From positions 54,735 to 74,734 of the forward strand of contig JALDZS010000118.1 of the NCBI GenBank assembly GCA_022813965.1: 20,000 nt of DNA, given 5' to 3'. Each line of letters opens with the position of its first letter. Position 1 is the first letter of the stretch. The notes below the pieces were generated by a model. It had not been told where the DNA came from. It searched no databases and saw only the letters and a program-made list of their open reading frames with translations. The translations under genes and the position numbers were made by a program. Below, in pieces: positions 1 through 10,662 of this stretch. This DNA is from Toensbergia leucococca (lineage: Eukaryota).

Positions 1-1517
1 CTTTAGGGAGTGCAAAGATTCAATCATGCAGTTAGATAAGTTCAGAGCGCGTAAAGCTGTCAACGTTGCCAAACAGTCGGGGATCTCTGAAAACAAATTC
101 GAAGACAAATCCATCGAATGCAAGGTATCTGCCAGCGGCGCAAGGCCCGAAGCGGTCATTGAGGTCATCGAATTATCAGCAAGGCTGAGGTGCCTTAAGA
201 ATCTCCATTTCGACGCAGGAAGTATACCCATTGATAGTAAATTGGAGGAACTTGCGACGCGTTGTGGTCCATTGGACTGTGTACTTGAGGTTGAGCTGAC
301 CGATCCTGAGCGTTTGGTTTTATTGCCACCACTTCTTCCGTGCCTATAAGAGGTATCTTGCCTCGAGCTTGTAGGACGACTCGGGGATGTACTTTTCGTT
401 CGCGGCCGATGATGCGACTTCGCACCATCAGAATCGCCTCGGAGCAAGATATGGCTTCGCGGACTTGCACTCTGGCTGAGCTTATCCTCGACCTTTGGAG
501 AACCAGGAGATGAGTTTGCTCGTCCAAGATCGCCATGACGCAGAGAAGGACTCGGAGGCCAGGCTAGTACTGGAGAGCTCTGAGATTTGGATGAGCGCTT
601 GCGCCGCTTATCCATATCATCCAGCACGACCCCAATCAAGAGGTCAGTCGGGTCCTCAACATTAGCTCGTTTCACTAATAGTGAACGAAGTTGCTCCGCC
701 AACCGATCCCAACCAAAAAATTGGCGGAAATCTACATCACAGATCTCAAGAGCGCTAACATTTTTAAATGCAAGTAAAGGGACAGCAGTATCGAAGGGAA
801 ACTCCTCATAGCCTCCTATCAGACGGGCTTTACGGTTTGGTGAGAGTCGTAGGCAAGGGATCTTAGTGAATGACGAATACAAGTATTTCAGATCTCCTTT
901 AAGCTGGGCTTTCGCCTTCTCGGTCTTCGCTGCTTTGTTCGATGATCCGATACCGAAATTAGACCATAAAGCAGACATGCCGGTCATCACACTTCGAACA
1001 CTGGAAACAGAATGCACCGAATCTCGCTCGCTCCTACCTTTGGATCGTTGCGACTGACTCAGGAAAGACACGTAATTGGCCGGTGATGAATCAGCATGGA
1101 GGTTTTCTAAACGCACATTCATAGGCCCGATCACTATACCAAGATCCTCGAAGCAAGACAAAAGATAGAAGAGATGATGAGGTGTCAAGGTCAACTTTGC
1201 GGGCTTAATGTTTTGCGATGCAAAATTCAACGTGCCCAGTGAGAGTGCAGCGGCCAAGGCATTCGATGTCGAAGGTGCAGAAGCCAAGCCCTGCTGAGTG
1301 GTGGTGCTGATGGGGGAGGCGTCCCCACCGAGTAAGCTTGATTGTCCATTTTTCGCGCCTTGCCGTCGCAGCTGCAAGGCATTCGCGAGAGCTTTCTCAT
1401 GTGTTCGTACAAATTGCGCTAAGTTCTGATTGGAATTAGTCTCACAGTACTCCACGCGTGTAACTCTGCCTCCAACAATCTGACCTTTGTAAACAATTCT
1501 CCATCCTCGGAATCCAT
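1..1517 (-). CDS. Fungal leucine-rich-repeat protein, 3'-partial (exons 1517-1485 and 1425-<1)
   Basis: Manual translation: MDSEDGELFTK, then a 59-nt intron 1484-1426 (GTCAGA..CTAAT..CAG), then 475 stop-free codons to the window edge: NLAQFVRTHEKALANALQLRR..LTLTPHHLFYLL..KYLYSSFTKIPCLRLS..EEFPFDTAVPL..FFGWDRLAEQLRSL. It ends in LRR units (LRHLSLADNSM, LHSMDLSSNLF, LRALNLSNCMI). Not in the ORF track because its stop lies outside the window. Confidence 0.9.
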
Positions 1518-3256
1518 AATAAGCAATACATGGAGTTACTTCTTCCAACGTGGATATAGCGACGTGGTTCAGGACTTGATGTATGCCGTGGGGCTCGCAG
1601 AATAAGTTGTCGCTTCGCTCAGTATAATGGAGACGGCAGCAGCCAGGCAGAATGGAGCGACGAGTATGATAGAACAGGTTTGCACAATGAGATGACGAAT
1701 GCACGGCGTTTTAAGGTATTCGAAGTAGGAACTAGGGGAGAAATAGGGTCGGAAGGTGATGGCTAGATAGTATTAAATGAACACCTTGAGTGCCTTGGGA
1801 CAGGGACAGCGGTGGTAGTTGGGCAAAGATATCCGTGGTGGAGATCAGTAAAAGTGGCTAGGGTAATTTCGCTTTCGCGTGCGGGAGCAGTTGACGCAGC
1901 CACCACAGCAGAAAGCACAGGATGCGGGGATAGTTCTCGATCAGCAACGGCGATGAAACAGAGTTCAGAAGATGCACAGTCGTGGTTCGTGGGGTGTGTT
2001 GAGTGTGTTGAGTAAGTCATGTCACCGAGGACAGCAGCTCGTGGGGGCAAGCATGTAAGGTAGAGGGTAGTTAGAGGTACGAGTACAAAGGTAGACTAGA
2101 GGCTTTATAGTTCCCTTTCCTCGACCGCACCTTATCTCAAGACCTGATTCTTTTTTTATCGGCTGGTTATCACAGGGTCCACTTCAATTTCACATCAAAA
2201 TAAGAGTGAGGTATCAATGCTGGGTCTAAGAGTTAAGTACATGTACTAAAATGCCGTCATCTGAACTCGAGCCTCTCTCGTTTTCTCGCAGCCGATGCTG
2301 ATTCGTTCTAATCCCGCGTCGTGTTTCTACCCACCGCTAGCATCAGCATTCGTTTCGAACAACGACGACATGAATGTTACCATGATTCCCGAGTCAGCAA
2401 GTGTCCGATGCCAGATGAAGGTTACTGCAGCTCTGCAGCTAGCCCACATCCACGATGGCCACTGCCCGAGATATGGCTCCACCGCCACCCGAGGCGTCAT
2501 CTGCAGTAGCTTCTTGTGAGCTGCTCCTACAACATTATTGAAACTCATGCGTCTGGACTCTTTGAGGAGTTTAGTTCCAGTGTCCAAGCTTCATAGATCT
2601 ACCTATCGACTTTGAATTCCCTGACACTAAAATGATCTGGCAGCGCTAATTGTTTCTCCCGTGGTCCAGAACCCGAGGACGAAGACAGCCAACATGTCCT
2701 TCGAAGCAAAAGCTTAAGACTGACGGAAGAGTCGATAGCCATCGGTTTTGGAGTTGGCAGTCATTCTAGAAACATTGGTTTGAGAGAATGAGAGGATGCG
2801 TGACAACACCTGACATGCTCACTTCGAATACAGGGTCGGTCCTCGTACTCGTACTCCTTCAGTAGAGTGCTAACAGTGATGGATTCAAGCGACCTAGAAA
2901 TATAGTGCTTGGGAGGAGTGCGTGCAATAGTCGTGTGACTGATCGCTTCTCCACAGTCCTCCAGGCGCAGAGAGACTTTTCTTGTACAGCGATGTTGAGA
3001 TTTACATTAGATGAAGAGTGAGCTCGTTTTATGTAGATGATTACATACCATGTCTAGTCAATAGGTATCATCTGTCTGATTTAGGTAACCTAGAATACCA
3101 CATGCCCCCTGCCAATCAGACGTTACCACCTACATACCTAATGTTGCTCCTTGCTCTCCAGCTCGACTTCATGCATGTTTCATACCAGCTATTTACGTAC
3201 ATAAAAGACCGCTTCCCTTAGCTTGTGCATCTATCAACCATCTCATATTTCACAAT

Positions 3257-5401
3257 ATGGCGGATATGAGGAAAGCCACCAATGGGCCCTCACCATACGC
3301 TAATGTTGCCTATGGCCCTTCACAAATCCCCGACTTTGACGTCGAATTCGTCGATGACGCTGACATTGAAGAGTTTGCAAAGGCTTTGAGGGCCCCAGAA
3401 TCCTCTCCTGTGATTGCGCTTAATGACTGGCGTCCTGTACACCAACGCGTCAGGAAGAAAGGGCCTCGAAGTCGAAGCCGCAAAAAACCAACTAAAAGGA
3501 GTAAGGATGAGACCCGGGAGGGTTTCGCGTATACTATACTCAAGTGGCCTTTGTTGGTGGTCGTATTTGGCTGGTTGTTTGCTCTTGGATTGACTTATCT
3601 GTCCACGAGACTATACATTTGGAGTTACGAGCGTCTAATAACATGGAGAGGGCAACGCCAAAGATTACGAAGAAACGTGCAGGTGAAGACAAATTACGCC
3701 GACTGGAAGAGTGCCGCCACAGACCTCGATATATACCTGGGCAATGAGCAATGGAAAGAGATGGACAGCTACGCATACTATGACCATGTCACGGTGATGA
3801 AGGTCAAGGACCAGCTCCAAGCCCGTCGGACACGAGCCATGGCCGAAGAAGCCCAGAGTGGTGCTTCTTCGAGAGAGGCTGTAGAAGAGCTGAGGAATCT
3901 TGTGGAGGCCAGCGTCAAAAATAACTTTGCCGGTGTGGAGAATCCACGGCTCTACAGTGAGACTTACTATGGGACAAAGTACCTAGCTCAAGATTTTGTC
4001 GACGAACTTCACAGGTCTCTGGCGTTCCTTCTGCGATCACCCCAGCTGGGTCCGGCAGAAAGGTACTCGCTCTCTAAACATCTACATACCAACTTTGGCC
4101 GTACAGCGCTCTGTTTATCTGGCGGTGCTGGCTTTGCGTGGTATCACTTTGGCGTGGCTAAGGCGCTTCTTGACGCTTCTCTACTTCCCGAGGTCATCAC
4201 CGGTACTTCAGGCGGGGCTCTTGTAGCTGCCTTGGTGGCTACGAGGACCAACGACGAGCTCAAAAAGCTTCTTGTCCCAGCTCTCGCGCATAGGTTCCAT
4301 GGTCTCAGTGATCCGTTCCATGTATGGATTGGCCGATTGTACCGCACAGGCGCTCGTTACGATTCGCTGGCGCTGGCTCGCAACTGCGGCTGGTTCTGCC
4401 GTGGCAGCACGACCTTCCGTGAGGCATTCGAGCGTACAGGGCGGATTCTTAATGTCACCTGCGTTCCGTCGGATCCACACTCCCCAACTATCCTCACTAA
4501 TTACGTTACCGCTCCAGATTGTGTGATATGGTCTGCAGTGCTCGCCTCTGCTGCCGTTCCCGGTGTCATCAATCCAGTAGTGTTAATGACAAAGACCAGT
4601 GACGGTACTTTAGCTCCCTACTCATTTGGGCACAAATGGAAAGATGGCAGCTTACGAACAGACATTCCTTTGAAATCACTCAATCTGCACTTTAACGTGA
4701 ATTTTAGCATTGTCAGCCAAGTAAATCCTCACATCAATCTCTTTTTTTTCTCTTCCCGAGGCACCGTTGGGCGACCAGTGACACACCGCAAAGGACGTGG
4801 TTGGCGAGGTGGGTTCCTTGGCAGTTCTATCGAGACGTATTTGAAGCTGGACCTTAACAAATGGCTCAAGGTTCTCAGGCACCTCGAACTGCTGCCTCGG
4901 CCACTGGGCCAGGATTGGTCAGAAATTTGGCTTCAACGATTCAGCGGAACGGTAACGATCTGGCCTAAGTGCCAGGCCAGTGATTATTATTACATCCTTG
5001 CTGATCCTTCTCCCGAAAGGCTGGCTAGGATGATACAAGTCGGGCAACAGTCTACGTTTCCAAGATTGTTGTTCATCGCGAATCGAATGAAGATTGAAAA
5101 TTTAATCGACCAGGGGCTAGTTCAGGGAAGACAAGACAAACATCTAGGCGACGCTGCGGCACCAAAGGAATATGAAAGAGTACGCCTACAGGAAAAGGCG
5201 ACGAGGAGTTCCCCAGATTCGTCGGCCGATGACGAGCGGCCTCTTTTCCCGCAACGAGACAGGCGGTCAGGCATGATGGAGGAGTTCAGAAGGCAAAGTG
5301 GGGTTTTCTTTGATGATCTAGAGGGCGATGGTGATGAGTCGGATGGAAGCGAGGAGGAAGCGAGCGCTGTTGACGATGGGCTCACGATGAATGGTCGATG
5401 A
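3257..5401 (+). CDS. Patatin-like phospholipase / TGL3-4-5-type triacylglycerol lipase family protein, 714 aa, intronless
   Basis: N-terminal hydrophobic segment (WPLLVVVFGWLFALGLTYL), Gly-rich loop GRTALCLSGGAGFAWYHFGV, nucleophile elbow GTSGG, SAAVPG and catalytic DGS motif (WKDGSLRTDIP), acidic C-terminal tail. Confidence 0.93.
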   Translation: MADMRKATNGPSPYANVAYGPSQIPDFDVEFVDDADIEEFAKALRAPESSPVIALNDWRPVHQRVRKKGPRSRSRKKPTKRSKDETREGFAYTILKWPLLVVVFGWLFALGLTYLSTRLYIWSYERLITWRGQRQRLRRNVQVKTNYADWKSAATDLDIYLGNEQWKEMDSYAYYDHVTVMKVKDQLQARRTRAMAEEAQSGASSREAVEELRNLVEASVKNNFAGVENPRLYSETYYGTKYLAQDFVDELHRSLAFLLRSPQLGPAERYSLSKHLHTNFGRTALCLSGGAGFAWYHFGVAKALLDASLLPEVITGTSGGALVAALVATRTNDELKKLLVPALAHRFHGLSDPFHVWIGRLYRTGARYDSLALARNCGWFCRGSTTFREAFERTGRILNVTCVPSDPHSPTILTNYVTAPDCVIWSAVLASAAVPGVINPVVLMTKTSDGTLAPYSFGHKWKDGSLRTDIPLKSLNLHFNVNFSIVSQVNPHINLFFFSSRGTVGRPVTHRKGRGWRGGFLGSSIETYLKLDLNKWLKVLRHLELLPRPLGQDWSEIWLQRFSGTVTIWPKCQASDYYYILADPSPERLARMIQVGQQSTFPRLLFIANRMKIENLIDQGLVQGRQDKHLGDAAAPKEYERVRLQEKATRSSPDSSADDERPLFPQRDRRSGMMEEFRRQSGVFFDDLEGDGDESDGSEEEASAVDDGLTMNGR

Positions 5402-5597
5402 TCCGGAACGCCAAGTTCTCGGGCATTCTTGGCCGGATGGAGTGAGGAGTAACATCTTGTAAGATTCATGCAAGATTAGTGACCAAGAGCATGTATTTTT
5501 TAGTGAATACAAATATGACCAAATATCATATGTCCGTTCCCAGTCACCCAAGCGCCAAATCAACATGGGGCGCCACCGCCTGCATAAGACGAGTCCA

Positions 5598-7244
5598 TTA
5601 CATTTCCATCATGTCGCCTTGACTCCCTGCGCTCCCAGCTTTTTGGCCGCTGGCAAGCAGGTAACTCCGCTTGAAGTAAGTATTCGGATGCACAATCGTG
5701 TCCAGTTCCGCCGCGCCCCATGTCCCGTCCTCCTTCACCCGCCGAATGTTTCCACGGTGCGCCCATTCGAACACCCGGTTGCACGCAATATGGAATCTCT
5801 TCTTCTCAACATCTTCCTTGATCCCCTTTAGCACATCCCGGTCTGTGACCCCAGTCGCTTGGAGTAATCCATTGAGGTTGTCGATGCTGAAGTGGCGGTA
5901 TGGACACCCGTGACTTTCTCCGCTACCGGGTGGATGTTCTGTGAGAATTTTCTGGCACGAGAAAGGGGAGTAGCCACGTCCACGTCGAATTGCATCTCCA
6001 CCCACGTCCCCGTAAGCATGCCGGACATTGTAACGATACTCTTTGTTGAAGGTATCGTCAGTGATGAGCTTGAAGGATTGACGCCAGAACATTAGGCAGT
6101 CTTCCATACTCAGGCCGAGGCCTTTGAGAAAAAGGGTATATTGAAGGCGGCCAAAGTGTTTCAAGTGGCTGTTTTTTCGGAGAGTCATGTGCAGATTCCG
6201 CATGCAAAGAGGGAAGTGCTGAGATAAATTATCGATTGAGTTGGCATTGATAAAAGCTCCTGGAAGACCCGTATCCGAATCCGAGAGAGTGGAGTCTGGT
6301 GTTGAGAAGTTCTTGGACAGATGGTTCAGAATCGGGGTTAGCCGATCGTCCTCGTCAAGTCGAGGGAGGGCACGAGCAGTCATCTGATCTGGGGATTAAT
6401 GGATTTTGTTTCAATGGATGTCTTGGAAAAGATAAAATTGCTTACTCCTAATGCTTTATCTAACCTCGCGCCAAATTCTGCAAGAACCATACTCATTTGC
6501 TCCCTGACAGGCACATAGGCCTTCCCAGCCCGGAGATATACTCGGCGGCTCTCTACCAGTTCTGCTACGGTCTCAAAGTTTACTTTGAACCATCCTCCGT
6601 CCTCAACCTCCTGCCGTTTAAGGCCCGGTGTTGCATTGAGGAGATCAACTCCCAACTGAAGTTTTTCCTCTTCAGAGACGACTTCCCACTCGAAGTTCAA
6701 AGACTCGACAAACATTTGCCGCTCCTTTGCGTCATCGGTTTGAAAGCGAAGCTTAAATAGGGCGCTCTCAACACGTGCAAATCGTCGGCGCAGGTCCTCG
6801 GTAGATGAGAAAGCAAGGCGGAGGATGAAATGTGAGTAATGGTCTTTCTGGCGTTCCAGTCGGATTTTTCCGTCTCTCGAAGCGGCTGAACAAGAGGTAT
6901 TAGATGACAGCGGAAGATATTTGTGGAGGAAGGGAGTCATGTGTGCTGCCGTCTCGGTGGGAGTCCTGTTGCGAAAAGAGCATGCTTCGAGCTCGGCGAG
7001 GACTAGCAATAATCAGTCCCAAGACGTTGGTGCTTTCTTGAAAAGAGACAGTACTTCTCAGCCGGTCAATTGCCCATTGCTCGAACTGCTCAAGCGTGAT
7101 CTCAGCGGTGGGGGGAAGTTCGTAGAGGTTCAAGCGGCAGGAGTAATCGTGCTCTTTATAGATCGGACTTGCAAATTGCTTCTTCTTATGATCGATGGCA
7201 TTTCTTCGCTTGGGATCAATGCGATTGGAGTCCTGCCGAATCAT
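5598..7244 (-). CDS. PRI2: DNA primase large subunit, ~510 aa (exons 7244-7055, 7002-6446, 6383-5598)
   Basis: Motifs LYELPPTAEITLEQFEQWAIDRL, KDHYSHFILRLAF, HLKHFGRLQYTLFLKGLGL, and four Fe-S ligand Cys (FPLCMR, PFSCQKI, HGCPY, HIACNR). Introns 7054-7003 (52 nt, GTACTG..CTGAT..TAG) and 6445-6384 (62 nt, GTAAGC..CAG) join three track ORFs in frame. Confidence 0.96.
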
Positions 7245-7905
7245 TACGACGATTAAGTGGAACTGGTGGAGTGGGTTTGGCGTTGGACGCGTAGAAGTAG
7301 ATAAAATAGGCTCACACCGAAGCCGTGTTTCAAGCGCGGTTCATCGGTTCGGCGCTATTCTAGACTACCTTACCTACCATGTACTCGTAAAATAGACTTA
7401 CCATGAGGACATCTCACCGTCTCACGCTGGGGATGCCGGGCAGTAAGGGTGGATCTAATGCAGGTATTTTGTTATCACTCTATGTTGTAGAACTTTTGTA
7501 ATGTTACCTACATCGCACGAGAACGAGTAGTGCTACGAGCGCACTATTTGTTACAGTCCTATTCTTTACTTAAAGTCTGCATTCATACAGCAGTCAAGAC
7601 AAGATTAGTGCCCAAGACATTCCAATTACTTCCATCATTCTGAACCGTGATCCAATGCAGGCGGAGATTTGGAACTATTTATTTCCCTCGTATTAAATAT
7701 GTCAGGTGTCCAGCACCGCGAGCTTCAACTAGCTACCCAAAAATTCCAGTCAGATTGAACCGCTCATTAATCAATCAGCATGTAATCCTTCATGACAGCC
7801 ATGACATCGTACCGAGCGCTGATGCCGCCACGATCCCATCCAAAGCAATCGTTCAAGAACCGACGCAGACATTCGTGGTATAAATACAGGCCCAACACCT
7901 ACCCT

Positions 7906-8331
7906 TCATGACATCAATCGCTGAATATCTACATCATCCTGCTCCCACGGCCCCTTTTCTTCGTCCGTGGCCTTGTGGAACGCTTCGGCCCGCTTGACCG
8001 TCTCGATATCGAGATCCGTAACGTAAGACTTGCCGTCACCTAGACGCATGCGAACTTCAAATTCGTTGTCAAGCATCATATCATCTTTCCATAGTCGTCT
8101 TGGTCCATCGAAGACGCACAAAACCCTCTTCTTCATCTTCATCTTCTCTGCTGAGCAACCCCACGAGAGTGGGTAGTGCTTTCTTTTCTTGCGACCCTTC
8201 CCAACCAAAGGAACGCCCCCTTTTGAGCAGGTCATGCCCTGGCGCTTACCACCAGAGCTGCCTCTACCAGGCTTTGTAATGGAGTTACCACCCCCGAAGT
8301 GCGTAGCGACACCACGGGAGTGTGCTGATTG
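7906..8331 (-). CDS. In-frame C-terminal extension (141 codons) of the zinc-finger gene beyond TGA 8334-8332; candidate readthrough region
   Basis: Same frame as ORF 8332-8991 with no further stop until 7908-7906: QSAHSRGVATHFGGGNSITKPGRGSSGGKRQGMTCSKGGVPLVGKGRKKRKHYPLSWGCSAEKMKMKKRVLCVFDGPRRLWKDDMML..DEEKGPW..LMS*. Composition is protein-like with basic NLS-like clusters. Confidence 0.7.
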   Translation of the reverse strand, partial: QSAHSRGVATHFGGGNSITKPGRGSSGGKRQGMTCSKGGVPLVGKGRKKRKHYPLSWGCSAEKMKMKKRVLCVFDGPRRLWKDDMMLDNEFEVRMRLGDGKSYVTDLDIETVKRAEAFHKATDEEKGPWEQDDVDIQRLMS

Positions 8332-8334
8332 TCA
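8289..8334 (-). promoter_or_regulatory. Putative stop-codon readthrough signal: UGA-CAA-UCA plus 3' stem-loop
   Basis: Minus strand reads TGA CAATCA GCA CACTCCCG-(18 nt)-CGGGGGTG. The hexamer fits CAR-YYA; the 8-bp stem has one G-U pair. Confidence 0.55.
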
Positions 8335-10662
8335 ACACGAACTTCCTTTACCGGGCTTGATCGTGCCCTTGCCAGAGCGAGCGTTCAATCGGGCCGCCCC
8401 AGTCCAGCTGCCGTTTGGGTCCTCTTCTTTCGAGTCTATATCATCCTCATCTTCGTCCTCCTCATCAATCGCCGTGTCTTCCTGTGCCGTATAATCCAAT
8501 CCTGTAGGGATCATATGGCGATCCAGGGTTTCCTGAACCGCTTTGTCGTTGGCTACTTCAGCTAGCCGCTGCTCATTGATGGCTTCGCTTGGTTCTTCTT
8601 GCTGTACTACGCGAAGAACGCAGTCATCCAGATGCTCATAGAAGTCCTGCGCATTGTTGAACATCGCGGAGCATGTCGAACATTTTCCGGCATCGGGAGG
8701 GCAACTCGAAATCTTCTTTGTCGAGGATGCGAAAGGGCTCTTCCTGCGGCTGTTAGGCGGGGTTTGCTCGACGCCATGGACAGAAGTCAGATGACGCTTG
8801 AAAACATCAGCGCGGTTAAAGCTTTTCTCCGCTGCGGATCCGGAACCTGGACAAAAGCCGCAGACCATAGTGCCTTTGTAATGAGTCAAAGTGTGCCGGT
8901 TCTTGTCATATTTGCGAGCGAAGCCCTTCTGGTGGTACTCGCAAGTGATAATTGGGCATTTCTCAGGACGCTCGGATTGATGAGTGAGCATGTGGGCTTT
9001 GAGATCCTTGAAAAGTCTGCCGCAGTCAGGATTGGGACATCGGCCTCTTTCCTTGCCGTCTTCATCGAATCCAATGCTAGTCGAGCGTAGGCTCTCCTGA
9101 GAATAGCGTGAATGATTTGATGTTATCGAAAGCCTACGGGCTTCTGATGTTTGTGGGTATGGTAGATAGGATGAGTTATGAAGGTATGGGGAAGCAGTGC
9201 CACTCTTGAATCTGGCCGATCCGGGTCGATGCGAATCCTGGCTTGACGTATCCGAAGGTGCTGGAGATGGTGGATGGATTGCATGAGAAGGGGTGTGAAA
9301 AGCGTGAATTACTCCTGGATAAGGTGCCGTAGTAGTGTTATGAGCGATAGGAGTATCGAAAGGCTGAATTAGAGATGGATCTGTAAGCGTCGAGCTATCA
9401 GCATTCGATCACAACGTACTCTCTGACAATGATATCCAGAACTTAACAAGGATTTGACAATCTGAACGAAAAGTCCTAAGCAATGAAAAGGAAAGGACAT
9501 TTAAGGAAAACCAACAGGATGACTCAAGTGGAGCAATAAATCTACCACTGCTTTGACCAAAGAAAGGCGTCTGAAATTGACTTCTAGGAAAATGATTTGG
9601 GGAAGGAGGGGATGGCGTTGGCTGCCCATAAGGATGCGCTCGTATCGAAGATAGCGGTGGGCTTCTCTGAACTATCACTGAGCCCGAGGCGCACGGAGAG
9701 TGTCTTCGAAATTCACGCTTGCGCACTCCAAAAGGAGAAGTAGCTCGTGAGGCAAATGGAGACATAGCCGAGGCAGGTGTTGTTGGTGACTTGAATGAAC
9801 TTTCAAGTTGATTTGGTGACATTACTGGATACATGCTCCGGAACAAGTTCGAGGGAGCATTTGTCGAGACAGGTGATGCAGGAGCAATCGCCTGCATAGG
9901 GGTACCGATTACACTATTGACTTCATCGAGGATTGTATCGATAGTGATATCCTTTTTGACCGCGGATGTATCAACTGCCAATGATGGAGAAGAAATCGCA
10001 AGTATAACAGATTGCAACGATGAACAAGACGACACTGATTGTGGCTCCGAACGACTAGAAGATGTTGATGATGAAGAAATGTTTTGGGACTCACCAACGA
10101 AACTGCTGGGGAATTTTTCATTATCGAATATCAACTCATTATCCATGCTAGCCACGGAGAAAAAGTCTTGACCCAAGCCATCAATCCCAGACGCTATACC
10201 CAACCCCTGATGTGGCTCGGTCCATTGTTCCTGGCAGGGGAGATTGTGTGTGGCATGGGAGTATGGTGAACCAGCTACCGAAGAAGCCGTACTCTGTCCC
10301 GACCCACCAGAGGTAGAGGAAAGTATTGACGGAGGATGATCGAAGGAGCGCGAGACTGAAGTTGAAGGAGAGCCTGACGGGCTGTATCGCTGCACCTGTT
10401 GCCGCGAGTGTTCTCTCGGTGCATCAACGACGAAGTGAGGCGCATCGTAGTAGCATGCCGGGGTGGACGAATAGGCAGGAACAGATTGAAGTTGGTCAAA
10501 GGTCGTGCTGGCCAGTTGGGGAAAAGGGTTCTGAAGGTTCGAGCCCGTGGTGTACTGTAATTGGGCAAAGCTATCGGTCGACTTTGGGTCCAGCATGTCT
10601 AGGTAAGACTGATCCCGTGGGAAGAGTACGAAATCGGAGAGGCTGTCGTGGACCAAAGCCAT
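8332..10662 (-). CDS. C2H2 zinc-finger transcription factor (exon 1 from 10662 to 9516 or to 10095; exon 2 9380-8332); ~731 or ~538 aa to the first stop
   Basis: Ser/Pro-rich N-terminus. Acceptor CTGAT..TTACAG at 9381 opens the frame (Y/D)PSLIQPF.., which leads to the fingers CPNPDC..HMLTH, CPIITC..HTLTH, CGFC..HLTSVH and CSTC..HLDDC, then an acidic tract. Two phase-1 donors: GTGAGT (10094) and GTTGGT (9515). Confidence 0.88.

Noticed and set aside
26..1412. Short track ORFs 26-349, 195-536, 587-811, 866-1057 and 1227-1412
   Set aside because: Antisense or off-frame shadows of the LRR gene.
2295..2720. Small overlapping ORFs between the divergent LRR and lipase genes
   Set aside because: No recognisable motif and no convincing splice model.
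5402..5597. Short (196 bp) gap between the convergent lipase and primase genes
   Set aside because: Ordinary for compact fungal genomes.
7906..8235. 109-aa ORF as an independent gene
   Set aside because: It starts only 96 nt after, and in frame with, the zinc-finger ORF, leaving no room for a promoter. It fits better as a C-terminal extension.
8325..8351. 27-nt GT-AG intron removing the internal stop
   Set aside because: It preserves the frame but is far shorter than the other introns here (52 nt and up), with cramped donor-branch-acceptor spacing. Disfavoured, but only RNA-seq can exclude it.
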